A stretch of 64,000 bases of DNA from Candidatus Aminicenantes bacterium. Its GTDB lineage: Bacteria; Acidobacteriota; Aminicenantia; Aminicenantales; Aminicenantaceae. Every line of letters begins with the position of its first letter. The stretch's first letter is position 1. The stretch covers positions 29,766-93,765 of the forward strand of contig DRHQ01000083.1 of the NCBI GenBank assembly GCA_011049545.1, given 5' to 3'. A program made the translations under genes and the position numbers. The notes below the pieces were generated by a model. That model searched no databases and had not been told where the DNA came from. It saw nothing but the letters and a program-made list of their open reading frames with translations. This document shows, piece by piece, positions 38,544 to 48,723 of this stretch.

Positions 38544-39746
38544 ATGGCTGTTTTTGTCTGGAAAGGTAAAAATCGTTATGGAGATGTTGTCAATGGAGAG
38601 CGTGTTGCTAAGTCCATAGCAGACTTGACAAGAACTCTGAAGAGAGAGCAGATAACCGTCTTTGATGTCTCAAAGAAAAGAGTTGAGATAAAGATCCCCT
38701 TTCTTAAAAGAGAAAAAGTCAATCTCAAAGAATTATCGATCTACAGCAGGCAAATTTCTGTTTTGGTAGACGCAGATCTTCCTTTGATTCAAAGCTTGAC
38801 CATGCTGGCCGATCAGACAAAGAACGTTTATTTTAAAACTGTAATTCAAACCATTAGGAAAGATGTTGAGTCTGGTTCCACTTTAAATGAGGCCAAAAGG
38901 AAATTTCCCAAGGTCTTTGATAACCTCTACTGCAATCTTGTGGCCTCAGGAGAGCAGAGCGGTTCGCTTGATGTTATGCTGCAGCGCTTAGCCGAGTATT
39001 TGGAAAGTATTGTCAAGTTAAAGGCCCAGATCAAACAGGCAATGACATACCCTGTGGCTGTTTTGATTTTTTCTATTGTAATTACGATTTTCATGATGTG
39101 GAAGGTTGTTCCGGTCTTTTCTAATATTTTTATCGAGTTGGGAGCAGATATGCCCCTCCTTACGTTGGTGGTTATGGTTATCAGTCAGTTTGTCGAGAAA
39201 TATATATTGTTCATCTTTCTCGGGTTTATAGGCGGTATTTTTCTTTTCAGGTATTTTAAGAAAACAAAGGTAGGAAGAAGGATCATTGATATATCGATGC
39301 TTAAAATGCCTCTTTTTGGACAATTGTTCCGGAAGGTTGCCTTCTCTCGAATCACGCGAACTTTAGCCACACTCCTTTCTGGAGGTGTGCCCATGCTGGA
39401 AAGTCTTAAAATCACCTCCACTACGGCTGGAAATGTTGTCTTAGAAGAGCGTATTGTTGCGGCCCGAACCATGGTCTCCGAGGGAGGAAATCTTACAGAT
39501 GCCCTTAGAGAAAAAGCTATGTTTCCCATAATGGTAACACAGATGGTAAGTGTGGGTGAAGCCACGGGAAATCTGGATTCAATGTTGGGGAAGGTAGCCG
39601 ATTTTTATGATGATGAGGTTGAAACTGCAGTGGGGTCCCTTCTTTCTATATTGGAGCCCATTCTTCTTATCTGCATCGGAGGATTAATCGGATCGATCGT
39701 TATTTCCATGTACCTGCCTGTCTTCAGTCTGATGCAGCAGTTTTAA
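38544..39746 (+). CDS. pilC: Type IV pilus inner-membrane platform protein
   Basis: GEQSGSLD, AMTYP, GEATGNLD, LEP, MYLP. Confidence 0.93.
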   Translation: MAVFVWKGKNRYGDVVNGERVAKSIADLTRTLKREQITVFDVSKKRVEIKIPFLKREKVNLKELSIYSRQISVLVDADLPLIQSLTMLADQTKNVYFKTVIQTIRKDVESGSTLNEAKRKFPKVFDNLYCNLVASGEQSGSLDVMLQRLAEYLESIVKLKAQIKQAMTYPVAVLIFSIVITIFMMWKVVPVFSNIFIELGADMPLLTLVVMVISQFVEKYILFIFLGFIGGIFLFRYFKKTKVGRRIIDISMLKMPLFGQLFRKVAFSRITRTLATLLSGGVPMLESLKITSTTAGNVVLEERIVAARTMVSEGGNLTDALREKAMFPIMVTQMVSVGEATGNLDSMLGKVADFYDDEVETAVGSLLSILEPILLICIGGLIGSIVISMYLPVFSLMQQF

Positions 39747-39820
39747 GGAGTAGATAGACAGAAGACAAAGATAATTTTCGCAAGACAGGGGGTCGAAAAG
39801 AATCAAGAAGAACATCCAAA

Positions 39821-41149
39821 ATGCAAAAAAGACGGGAAACTGAGGAGATAGATACAAAAAAAAAAGATATCTTATGGCTAATTCTCCTTCGTTTAATCAT
39901 AGTAACGTCTCTTGTAGTTTCAGCCGTTATAATTCAATACAGCACATCAGTTTTTCTCCCGCTTAATTCCTTTTACTACTTAATCCTCTTATTCTACGTT
40001 CTCTCAGTCATCTATTTTATTTTTTATATCTGGGGAAAATATCTTATCCCTCAGGCTTACTTACAAATATTCTTCGACCTCCTTTTGATTACAGCCCTTG
40101 TCTATATTTCTGGAGGATTACAAGGGTCTTTTTACTTCCTTTATATTTTAGGAATAATTGCAGCAAGCATCGTTCTCTCCAAGCGGGCTGCCTATCTGAC
40201 TGCGGCCCTCTCTGCCATCTTTTTTGGTTATCTTGTGGTTTTGATGTATCGGAGAATCATTCCTTCTTTTGCTCCCGAGGAAATTCCGGAAATTTCTCTG
40301 GGTCTTGTTATAAACAATATTTTTATTGCCTGGAGTGCCTTTTTCCTCGTGGCCTTTTTAATGAATTACCTGACCGGGAGTTTACAGAAAACGAGGGACG
40401 AGCTTCGCCTGATTCAAAAAGAGCTTGAAATAAAAAATCGGCTGGCAGTGGCTGGAGAGGTCTCAGCCCAACTGGCTCATGAAATCCGGAATCCCCTGGC
40501 AGCAATCTCAGGCTCTGTTCAGGTTCTGAAAGACGAATTAAACCTGCACGAAGAGCAAAAAGATCTGATGAATATCATTGTTAAAGAATCAGGGAGAGTT
40601 TCTCGATCCATTGAGCAATTCCTGAATTTAGCTTCCCCGGTCAAGCAAGCCTTTTCCTCTATCGACCTCTCAGCTATTTTAGAAGAAACCGTGGTCTTGC
40701 TTCAAAGCGGCGGCGAGCTAAACGGGAACTTTCGGGTTGAGGGGAATTTCAAATCAGTCCATGTTCGATATTTTGGAAGCGGCAGCCAGTTCAAGCAGTT
40801 GTTCTGGAATATCATTAAGAATTCGCTCAGAGCAATGCCCGATGGCGGGACGTTGACTGTTGATTTCAACCAGGAGAAAAAGGATGAAATCCAATTAAGG
40901 ATGGCCGATACCGGAAAGGGCATGACCGAAGAAGAAAAAGAAAGGATTTTTGAACCTTTCTATTCTGGTTTTGAGGGTGGGCAGGGAATTGGGATGGCTG
41001 TTGTTCACCGGATTGTGGGCGACTATAAAGGGGAAATCAAGATTGACTCTGAGCTTGATAAAGGAACAGAGATCGTCATAACTCTTCCCCTGAGGGGACC
41101 TGGAAATCCAAGAATACTGAAAAGTGTAAAGAAAAAGAAAGATGGATAA
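39821..41149 (+). CDS. pilS: Sensor histidine kinase PilS-like
   Basis: TM N-terminus, AHEIRNPL, DTGKG, GQGIGM; context. Confidence 0.85.
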   Translation: MQKRRETEEIDTKKKDILWLILLRLIIVTSLVVSAVIIQYSTSVFLPLNSFYYLILLFYVLSVIYFIFYIWGKYLIPQAYLQIFFDLLLITALVYISGGLQGSFYFLYILGIIAASIVLSKRAAYLTAALSAIFFGYLVVLMYRRIIPSFAPEEIPEISLGLVINNIFIAWSAFFLVAFLMNYLTGSLQKTRDELRLIQKELEIKNRLAVAGEVSAQLAHEIRNPLAAISGSVQVLKDELNLHEEQKDLMNIIVKESGRVSRSIEQFLNLASPVKQAFSSIDLSAILEETVVLLQSGGELNGNFRVEGNFKSVHVRYFGSGSQFKQLFWNIIKNSLRAMPDGGTLTVDFNQEKKDEIQLRMADTGKGMTEEEKERIFEPFYSGFEGGQGIGMAVVHRIVGDYKGEIKIDSELDKGTEIVITLPLRGPGNPRILKSVKKKKDG

Positions 41150-42509
41150 AATACTCATAATAGACGATGAAAAGAGCGTTCTCGATATGCTCAACGTAAT
41201 CTTTAAAAAGGAAGGCTACAGAGTAAAGAAATCCCTTTCTGCCCAAAAAGCCCTTGAATTGATAGATGAAGAAGACTTTGACCTTATTCTCTCCGATATA
41301 AGGCTCCCGCAGATAAGCGGAATGGAGCTTCTCCGCAAGGTCAAGGAGAAAAAGCCCGGGATTCCTGTCATCATGATAACAGCTTACGGGACAATCAAAC
41401 AGGCGGTGGAGGCTTTTAAAGCAGGGGCCATAGATTATGTGGTGAAGCCTTTTGACGTGGAAGAGCTGAAAATCATTGTTTCTCAAGGGCTGGAAAAGAT
41501 AAAGCTTAAAGAAGAGAATATTTTTCTTAAAAAAGAACTCAAGGAGAAATATAGTTTCAAGAACATGGTGGGCAAAAGTAAGAAAATGAAGGAGATCTAC
41601 AGCTTGATTGAAAAGCTTGCGGCAACAGATTCCACCGTACTTATAACTGGAGAAAGCGGTACGGGAAAAGAGATGGCTGCCAGAGCGGTTCATCTTCTCA
41701 GCCAGCGCTGGGATAATCGGTTTGTCTCCATAAACTGCGGCGCTCTTCCCGAAAATCTGCTGGAGAGCGAGCTTTTTGGCCATGTGAAGGGGTCTTTTAC
41801 AGGCGCAGTGGTTAATAAAAAAGGCATGTTCGAAGTGGCAGAGAAAGGAGTTTTATTTTTAGACGAGGTGGGAGAGATGTCTCCCTGGACTCAGGTGAAG
41901 CTCCTTGGGGCTATCCAGGATAAGAAGGTAAGAAGAGTGGGTGGGACTGAGGAAATTCCGGTTGATGTCCGGATCATCGCCGCTACCAATCAAAATTTAA
42001 AGAAGAAAATCGAGGAAGAGAAATTCAGGGAAGACCTCTTTTACCGCCTGAATGTCATTTCTTTTGAAATGCCCCCTTTAAGAGAGAAAAAAGAAGACCT
42101 GCCTCTCCTTGTCTCTCATTTCCTCAAGAAATACTGCAAAAAGATGGGAAAAAAGATGAAAAGAATTGTTCCCGAAGTGATGAATATCTTCGAATCCTAC
42201 CCTTGGCCAGGGAATGTCAGGGAGCTCGAGAATCTGATAGAAAGAATCGTCGCCATCGAGGATAGGGGGACAATAACAGAAGACAGCCTTCCTGAAGAAC
42301 TTTTAAAACCCCATAAAAAGCCGGAAACCAACCTCCTTTTTCAGCAGGGTTTTAACCTCAATTCACATCTTGATGAAATTGCCCAAAATTATATCAAAGA
42401 GGCTCGCCAGGCTGCCAACGGTAACCTCAAGGAAACAGCTTCTCACCTTGGCGTCAGCTACCGCACATTGCGGTACCTCATCGATAAATACGGTTTAAAA
42501 TCTTCCTGA
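41142..42509 (+). CDS. pilR: Sigma54-dependent response regulator PilR-like
   Basis: Receiver, GESGTGKE, GSFTGA, WPGNVREL, C-terminal HTH. Confidence 0.88.
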   Translation: MDKILIIDDEKSVLDMLNVIFKKEGYRVKKSLSAQKALELIDEEDFDLILSDIRLPQISGMELLRKVKEKKPGIPVIMITAYGTIKQAVEAFKAGAIDYVVKPFDVEELKIIVSQGLEKIKLKEENIFLKKELKEKYSFKNMVGKSKKMKEIYSLIEKLAATDSTVLITGESGTGKEMAARAVHLLSQRWDNRFVSINCGALPENLLESELFGHVKGSFTGAVVNKKGMFEVAEKGVLFLDEVGEMSPWTQVKLLGAIQDKKVRRVGGTEEIPVDVRIIAATNQNLKKKIEEEKFREDLFYRLNVISFEMPPLREKKEDLPLLVSHFLKKYCKKMGKKMKRIVPEVMNIFESYPWPGNVRELENLIERIVAIEDRGTITEDSLPEELLKPHKKPETNLLFQQGFNLNSHLDEIAQNYIKEARQAANGNLKETASHLGVSYRTLRYLIDKYGLKSS

Positions 42510-42562
42510 AAAACTCCATAAGAAGAAAAAGTAAAGGAGATAATAGAATTTTGCCTGATAAG

Positions 42563-42598
42563 TGACATATTTTGTCAAATGAGAGACAAAAGATGTCA
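42563..42598. promoter_or_regulatory. Tandem TGACA-N5-TGTCA-type inverted repeats, candidate PilR enhancer
   Basis: TGACATATTTTGTCA (42563) and AGACAAAAGATGTCA (42584), 21 bp apart, upstream of a sigma54 promoter. Confidence 0.55.
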
Positions 42599-42670
42599 TT
42601 TTGGAGTAAGGAAATTGAGATCTTAAAATATAACCTATTTATTTTCAATAAGTTAATATTTTTTTTAATT

Positions 42671-42686
42671 TGGCACAGAAATTGCT
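42671..42686 (+). promoter_or_regulatory. Sigma54 (-24/-12) promoter of pilin gene
   Basis: TGGCAC-AGAAA-TTGCT. Confidence 0.85.
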
Positions 42687-42781
42687 AAATAAAGATTGCA
42701 CATTAAATTTTAATAATGTCAAATTTAACATTCTCTGGCGGACTAGAACAATAAAGTCACCAGAGCCAAGGAGGTTTTTAA

Positions 42782-43318
42782 ATGTTAAAAAAAGTAAGAG
42801 GTTTTACACTGATTGAGCTGCTTATCGTTGTTGCTATCTTAGGAATTCTTGCCGCTCTTCTCATCCCCAACGCTATTACCGCCATTCAGAAAGCGAAGCA
42901 GAAAAGCACCATGAAAGATATCGTTGTCATTTCCACAGCTGTCACAGATTATGTTACTGATAACGGAGTCACTCCCACTCAAGATGGTACTTACACAGCC
43001 ACATCTGCCTTCTATACCGGGCTTTCCCCCTTCTACGTCAAAGTCCTTCCCCTTACCGACCAGTGGGGTACTTTTTATAATGCTTACTGTGGTACTGATG
43101 TAGACGGAAATTATGGAATTAGTGGAGCAGCTGGAGATGATTTCGTAATTGCTTCCTATGGACGTGCTGGAATATTAGAAAGTTTTACCTTCAGTCCTAC
43201 CAATCCAGAAGCGGGGTTGTTTGTGGTAAGCCAGTCAGCCCATTTCAACAATGATTTAGTAATGTGGAATGGTTCCTGGATTCGTGCGCCAAGGACTTCT
43301 GCTGCAGCCGGCACCTAA
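42782..43318 (+). CDS. pilA: Type IV pilin (probable major pilin)
   Basis: RG/FTLIELLIVVAI prepilin motif; sigma54 promoter and own terminator. Confidence 0.8.
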   Translation: MLKKVRGFTLIELLIVVAILGILAALLIPNAITAIQKAKQKSTMKDIVVISTAVTDYVTDNGVTPTQDGTYTATSAFYTGLSPFYVKVLPLTDQWGTFYNAYCGTDVDGNYGISGAAGDDFVIASYGRAGILESFTFSPTNPEAGLFVVSQSAHFNNDLVMWNGSWIRAPRTSAAAGT

Positions 43319-43357
43319 TTTCAAGCTGGTACTCGCTAAAGTACTTTCCAAACTTGT

Positions 43358-43399
43358 AAGAGGGCGATACATCAAGCAGTGTATCGCCCTCTTCTTTTA
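43358..43399 (+). terminator. Rho-independent terminator
   Basis: AAGAGGGCGATACA/TGTATCGCCCTCTT stem then T-rich tail. Confidence 0.8.
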
Positions 43400-43425
43400 T
43401 CTAACGCAATATATATTTTTACAAT

Positions 43426-43507
43426 GTAATTGCGAGCCCTGAAAGGGCGTGGCAATCTCATCCTATAAAGACGAGATCGCCACGTCGCTTCGCTCCTCGC
43501 GATGACA
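43426..43507. repeat. TGTCATTGCGAG...GCAATCTC-type palindromic element pair
   Basis: TTGCGAG...GTGGCAATCTC and inverted GAGATCGCCAC...CTCGCGATGACA; related copies ~17927-17960 and 58519-58556. Confidence 0.65.
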
Positions 43508-43579
43508 CTGGAATAATTGCGTTTGTATTAGTAACAAAATATAGTATAATTTTTTCTCTGGAGCTGCTTTAAAAAGAGA

Positions 43580-44143
43580 ATGCAAATGTTGAAAAAAGCA
43601 AGGGGTTTCACATTGGTTGAATTAATCATCGTTGTTGCTATCGTCGGGATCCTCTCGGCGCTTGTAATCCCCAATGCCGTAGTCGCCATACAGAAAGCTA
43701 AACAAAAAGAAACGATGAAGCAAATTACACACCTGGCCACCGCCATTGCAGATTATGTAACTACGGTTGGATACGCTCCTGATGCTGGAAATCAATCAGG
43801 TGCTATTCAATCCAGCGGCAATTTCCTAAGTTCTATTTCCCCTATGTTTTTAAGAGTTTGTCCTATAAATGATCAATGGGGGAATCCTTTTCTAGTTTAT
43901 ACAGGCACAGCCGTAACCTCGGTTTACGATATTCCTGCAGAAGATATATATGATGATGACTTTTTAATTGTTTCCTTAGGACGAGACGGAGAGGACGGCG
44001 GAGATGATAGCTTTACTTATAATACCGCTAATCCTTTTGCCGGCATGTATCAGATAGAGTCTATTGCGGATTTCAATAATGATTTGATCAATTTGGATGG
44101 AGCTTGGCTTCATGCTCCTCGAATAATGTTAAGTGGTTCATGA
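43580..44143 (+). CDS. Second type IV pilin-like paralog
   Basis: RG/FTLVELIIVV; shares PNA..AIQKAKQK, DQWG, DDF, FNNDL, W..APR with 42782. Confidence 0.85.
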   Translation: MQMLKKARGFTLVELIIVVAIVGILSALVIPNAVVAIQKAKQKETMKQITHLATAIADYVTTVGYAPDAGNQSGAIQSSGNFLSSISPMFLRVCPINDQWGNPFLVYTGTAVTSVYDIPAEDIYDDDFLIVSLGRDGEDGGDDSFTYNTANPFAGMYQIESIADFNNDLINLDGAWLHAPRIMLSGS

Positions 44144-44168
44144 TTTAAATAATTTTTAGCTATGTCGC

Positions 44169-44311
44169 CTGGGGTCAGGCCTCCATAACTTCTATAACTT
44201 TGAGGTCAGGCCTTGCCATTGGGAAGAGATATTTTCCCGCATTCTTGCCCTTATGGCATCCCCTGGGATAAGACCCCAGATAATGACCCCATACCTGACT
44301 GATCCCCGCTC
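44169..44311 (+). repeat. GGGGTCAGGCCTTG-type repeat element
   Basis: GGTCAGGCCTTGCCAT...AGATATTTTCC(C)GCA body also at 58376-58456. Confidence 0.65.
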
Positions 44312-44354
44312 TCCTTTTATTCAAGGACTTATGTTATAATCTCAGCAACAAGGA

Positions 44355-45050
44355 ATGCGAACAATTGTCCTTTTGATTACATATGCTCTTCTGACGATTC
44401 TTCTCATTCCTATTCTTCTTTTCTGCTCCCCGCTAAAGTTTGCTCAGCCTATTATCTTGGTCACCAGGTGGGCTTTGTGGGTTGGGCAGAAAATATTGGG
44501 GATTCGCCTTGATGCTTCCGGAATCGAGAGAATAAATAAAAGAGTGCCCTATGTTTTCATGGCTAACCATCAGAGTTTAATCGACGGTCCTTTGCTTTAT
44601 CTGATCATTCCTCAATTTGTTAGAGTTCTCCTGAAAAAAGAAGCTTTCAGGATCCCTGTTATCGGCCAGGCTATGAGACAGGTGGGTTTTGTTTCTGTTG
44701 ATAGAAAAGGTTTAAGGGGAGGAAAAAAGAGCATAGATCGAGCCACTTGCATGATAAAAGAGAAGGGCATTTCCTTCCTGATATTTTCCGAAGGCACGAG
44801 GAGTCGAGACGGGAAACTTCAGCCATTCAAGCGGGGAGGATTCTTCCTGGCGGTCAACAGCCAGGTTCCCATCTTTCCTGTGAGCATAAAGGGAAGCTAC
44901 GCACTCCTACCCAAAGGTTCTTTTTTTGCTAAAAAAGGAAAAGTGGGCGTGATATTTCATCCGCCCGTTTCTGTCCAGGGATTTGACAGGAACAACCTCT
45001 CCCAGCTCATGGGTAAAGTCAGAAGCGTCATACAGAGTGGATTAGATTGA
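44355..45050 (+). CDS. plsC: 1-acyl-sn-glycerol-3-phosphate acyltransferase
   Basis: NHQSLID, FSEGTRS, PFKRG. Confidence 0.88.
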   Translation: MRTIVLLITYALLTILLIPILLFCSPLKFAQPIILVTRWALWVGQKILGIRLDASGIERINKRVPYVFMANHQSLIDGPLLYLIIPQFVRVLLKKEAFRIPVIGQAMRQVGFVSVDRKGLRGGKKSIDRATCMIKEKGISFLIFSEGTRSRDGKLQPFKRGGFFLAVNSQVPIFPVSIKGSYALLPKGSFFAKKGKVGVIFHPPVSVQGFDRNNLSQLMGKVRSVIQSGLD

Positions 45051-45088
45051 AAATTTTCAAGAAACTTTATTATTAGCCAGGAGGGAAG

Positions 45089-45649
45089 ATGGATTATCAA
45101 AATGTTATCGAGGAATGGAGACAAATTGCCGGGGATTTTTTTGCAGCCAGGAGTGATCTTTTCGAAAAAGTGGTGAGCCTTTTGGTCGAAAAGCTAAGAG
45201 CCGGGCATAAGATTCTGATTTTTGGTAACGGCGGAAGCGCTGCCCAGGCTCAACATTTTGCTGCAGAGCTTGTGAATAAATTTCTAAAGGAGAGGGCTCC
45301 TATTCGAGCAATCTCCTTAACCACAGACACATCTACCCTCACGTCTATCGCTAATGATATATCTTACGACTATGTCTTCAGCCGCCAGACAGAAGCCCTT
45401 GGGGACAAAGGGGATGTTGTCCTTGGCCTTTCCACAAGCGGAAACTCACCCAACGTAATGGAAGCCATGAAAGTTGCCAAAGAGAGAGGATTGCTAACCG
45501 TGGCCTTCACCGGAAAGGGAGGAGGAAAGCTCAGCTCTCTCGTTGATTATCTCCTTGATGTGCCTTCAGAGAGCACTCCCAGGATTCAGGAGGTTCATCT
45601 TCTCCTGCTTCATCTTTTAGCTCAGGAGATAGAGAAAAGGTTGGAATAA
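45089..45649 (+). CDS. gmhA: D-sedoheptulose-7-phosphate isomerase
   Basis: GNGGSAAQAQH, ANDISY, STSGNSPN, PRIQEVH. Confidence 0.92.
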   Translation: MDYQNVIEEWRQIAGDFFAARSDLFEKVVSLLVEKLRAGHKILIFGNGGSAAQAQHFAAELVNKFLKERAPIRAISLTTDTSTLTSIANDISYDYVFSRQTEALGDKGDVVLGLSTSGNSPNVMEAMKVAKERGLLTVAFTGKGGGKLSSLVDYLLDVPSESTPRIQEVHLLLLHLLAQEIEKRLE

Positions 45650-45853
45650 AACTCTTTACCTTGACCGCCAGAACCTCTCCCTGTGCGGTCTGGATTTGGA
45701 TTCCCTGAACGTGAGGGGCTTTTCCTCCGCAACTGGGCTTTCAGGCCCGGGTGAAAAACCGGCAGAGCAGAGTATCATTGAAGCTTAAGACTTGGTGGAA
45801 TCGGATTTTTATCCGAAAGGCTTCTTTTTTATGCCTTTTGCCCCTCGGTCATG

Positions 45854-47509
45854 TTATCCTTTTGATAGCCTTTTTGGTCCGGCATCAATCACTATTTGCG
45901 AGCAACCACTTTTGAAGAGTTTAAAATTCTCAATAAACCGTGCCGCTAATGCATCATATTTTTTCCAATACTCGTCTTTTTCACCCCAAGAATTGGATGG
46001 TTCAAGAACATCATCGGGAACATCCGGGCAAACAATAGGAACTTCAAAGCCAAACAGCTTATCCTTACGGTATTCTACATCATTCAGCTTGCCTTCCAGG
46101 GTTGCATTAAGGAGGTTACGTGTGTGGCGAATACTAATGCGTTTACCAACACCGAATCGTCCCCCCACCCAGCCGGTATTAACCAGCCAGCATTGAGAAT
46201 CGTGTTTAAGCATTCGTTGTTTAAGCATCTCGGCGTATTCAAACGGAGGCCGTACCATGAACGGGGCGCCAAAACATGCACTGAAAGTGATCTGTGGTTC
46301 AATACCAAGTCCGATTTCGGTTCCTGCTATTTTGGAAGTGTAACCGCTGATAAAATGATACTGGGCCTGTTCTGGGGTAAGTCGGGCTATTGGCGGCATA
46401 ACACCGGATGCATCACATGTTAGAAAAATAATGTTCTTAGGATGAGAATTTACCATTTTCTCGGGTACTACATTGGGAATAAACTCAAGCGGATATGAAG
46501 CACGTGTGTTTTCAGTAATTATGTCATCGTCCAGGTCAATCCTGCGAGTAACTGAATCATAAACTACATTTTCTAGAATGGTGCCAAAACTTCTGGTGCA
46601 AGCATAAATTTGTGGTTCATGTTCAGCGGAAAGACGAATAACTTTGGCATAACAACCGCCTTCAAAATTAAACACACCGTTTGAACTCCAGCCATGCTCG
46701 TCATCACCAATGAGCCTTCTTTTAGGATCTGCAGAAAGGGAGGTTTTTCCTGTTCCGCTGAGTCCGAAAAAAAGAGCCACATCCCCAGCCTTCCCTACAT
46801 TGGCGGAACAGTGCATAGGAAGCACATTATCGAATGTCAAAAGGAAATTCAAAACAGTAAAGAGCGATTTTTTGATTTCGCCACCATATAGGGAATTTGC
46901 TATTATAGCCATCCGTTCCGCGAAATTAATTACGATTGCCGTGTTGGTTCTTGTGCCGTCTATTTTGGGGTCCAATTTAAAGCCAGGTACGGAAATTATG
47001 GTAAACTCTGGAATAAAATGTTTAAGCTTGTCTTGATTATTTGTAGTAATAAACATATTGCGGGCGAACAAACTATGCCACGCTTTCTCTGTAATAATTC
47101 TCACCTGTATACGGTATTCGGGATCAGCCCCGGCGTAGCAATCCTGAACAAATAATTCTTTGTCCTGTGCAAAGGCCTGCACCCGTGTTAACAGTGCATT
47201 GAATTTTTCAACACTGATGGGACGGTTGTATTCACCCCACCAAATTTTGTCTTCGGTGGTTTCTTCCCTTACAACAAATTTATCTGCAGCCGCACGTGCT
47301 GTGTGTTTTCCGGTATTTACCAGTAAGGGTCCAGCATGAGCGATATGTCCTTCATTCCGAAAAACAATTTCCTCATAAAGAGCGGATTCAGGCAGATTCC
47401 AGTAAACTCTCTCAAGATGAACCAGTCCGTGATTCTTAAGACTGTAGTCCGAAGCCAGTTCCTTGGCCTCTTTAATGGCGGGTGTATTGAATTCAAGGTA
47501 TTTGCTCAT
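45854..47509 (-). CDS. pckA: Phosphoenolpyruvate carboxykinase (ATP)
   Basis: YGGEIKK, GLSGTGKT, IGDDEHGW, FNFEGGCYAK, ENTR; ATG 47509 overlaps upstream stop. Confidence 0.96.
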   Translation of the reverse strand: MSKYLEFNTPAIKEAKELASDYSLKNHGLVHLERVYWNLPESALYEEIVFRNEGHIAHAGPLLVNTGKHTARAAADKFVVREETTEDKIWWGEYNRPISVEKFNALLTRVQAFAQDKELFVQDCYAGADPEYRIQVRIITEKAWHSLFARNMFITTNNQDKLKHFIPEFTIISVPGFKLDPKIDGTRTNTAIVINFAERMAIIANSLYGGEIKKSLFTVLNFLLTFDNVLPMHCSANVGKAGDVALFFGLSGTGKTSLSADPKRRLIGDDEHGWSSNGVFNFEGGCYAKVIRLSAEHEPQIYACTRSFGTILENVVYDSVTRRIDLDDDIITENTRASYPLEFIPNVVPEKMVNSHPKNIIFLTCDASGVMPPIARLTPEQAQYHFISGYTSKIAGTEIGLGIEPQITFSACFGAPFMVRPPFEYAEMLKQRMLKHDSQCWLVNTGWVGGRFGVGKRISIRHTRNLLNATLEGKLNDVEYRKDKLFGFEVPIVCPDVPDDVLEPSNSWGEKDEYWKKYDALAARFIENFKLFKSGCSQIVIDAGPKRLSKG

Positions 47510-48723
47510 GTCCAATCCCTCACTAATTTGCGGTCACCGATATAAAGTTCGTTTGGAGAATTCGGATCTAATGCCCATTTCATACGTTCGACGCCTTCAG
47601 TGATGTCTTTTATTGAACCGCAGAAGCTCATTCTCAGATAACCTTCCATACCAAACTCAACTCCAGGCACGGCTAATACCAGAACCTTATTAATTAAAAA
47701 TTCTGAAATTTTAGTTGATTCTTTTCCATAAACGCTAAAATCTGCAAAACAATAGAAAGCACCATCGGGTTTTGTGACTTTAATTCCCTCAAATGAATTC
47801 AGATTTTCTATCATAACATTACGATTGTTCTCTAAGGTTACCCGAAGGTTCTCTACACTGGATTGTATTCCATTAATAGCCCCGACTGCAGCTTTTTGAA
47901 GTACTACCGAAGGGCCCCCAGTTTGATGTCCTTGAATATTGGTCATGACCTCTATAAGCTTTTTATTTGCTACTGCCCAGCCGATTCTGAAACCGGTCAT
48001 TGCATACTGCTTAGAAATCCCATTGATTACAATTAGCTTTGAATTCTCTGATAAATCTTTGGCGTATTCATAGCAGTTAATCGGTCTTCTGTTATCAAAA
48101 ATCAGCCGGTGGTAAATGTCATCCATTATTAGATATAAATCCCGTTTTTCACATAAGTCCACTACATCGGCGATGAACTCTTTCGAATACATTGCTCCTG
48201 TTGGATTATTGGGGCTGTTAATTAGGATTGCTTTTGTATAAGATCCCACCTTTTGTTCTATATCCTGAATTCTGGGATAAAAAGTGCCATCTTCGGGCAG
48301 AACGGGCACTCCAATAGCTCCGCATAACTTAGCCATCTCAGGATAACTTACCCAATATGGTGCAGGATAAATGACTTCCTCTTGAGGATTAAGAATAGCC
48401 TGCAATGCTACCATGATCGCCTGCTTAGCACCTCCGGAGGCCATAACATTTTCAGGCTCCACAAGACGATTATAATGCTCTTCTGTATAATGGATTATGG
48501 CCTTTTTCAACGCGGGAACACCATCAGCAGGCGCATATCTGATTTCCCCGGTGTTCAGATGTGCTGCTGCCGCCATAATGGCATCCATGGGTGCTTTGCT
48601 CTTTGGTTCGCCGGCGCCCAGATGAATGACAGGTTCTCCTTTTTCACGAAGGATAGCCGCTTTTTCGTTTAGCGTGAGGGTGGGTGATGCACTAATTGTT
48701 CTGGCAATTTGACTTATGCTCAT
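47506..48723 (-). CDS. aspC: Aspartate aminotransferase (class I/II PLP)
   Basis: GGAKQ, NSPNNPTG, DDIY, SKQYAMTGFRIG. Confidence 0.85.
   Translation of the reverse strand: MSISQIARTISASPTLTLNEKAAILREKGEPVIHLGAGEPKSKAPMDAIMAAAAHLNTGEIRYAPADGVPALKKAIIHYTEEHYNRLVEPENVMASGGAKQAIMVALQAILNPQEEVIYPAPYWVSYPEMAKLCGAIGVPVLPEDGTFYPRIQDIEQKVGSYTKAILINSPNNPTGAMYSKEFIADVVDLCEKRDLYLIMDDIYHRLIFDNRRPINCYEYAKDLSENSKLIVINGISKQYAMTGFRIGWAVANKKLIEVMTNIQGHQTGGPSVVLQKAAVGAINGIQSSVENLRVTLENNRNVMIENLNSFEGIKVTKPDGAFYCFADFSVYGKESTKISEFLINKVLVLAVPGVEFGMEGYLRMSFCGSIKDITEGVERMKWALDPNSPNELYIGDRKLVRDWT

Noticed and set aside
41076..41783. 235-aa antisense ORF and the other shadow ORFs opposite housekeeping genes
   Set aside because: Fully overlap well-supported genes on the other strand
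45650..45853. Selenoprotein (minus-strand TGA followed by KPSC) or ncRNA between gmhA and pckA
   Set aside because: No start codon/RBS, no recognisable family or convincing SECIS; may be a gene remnant
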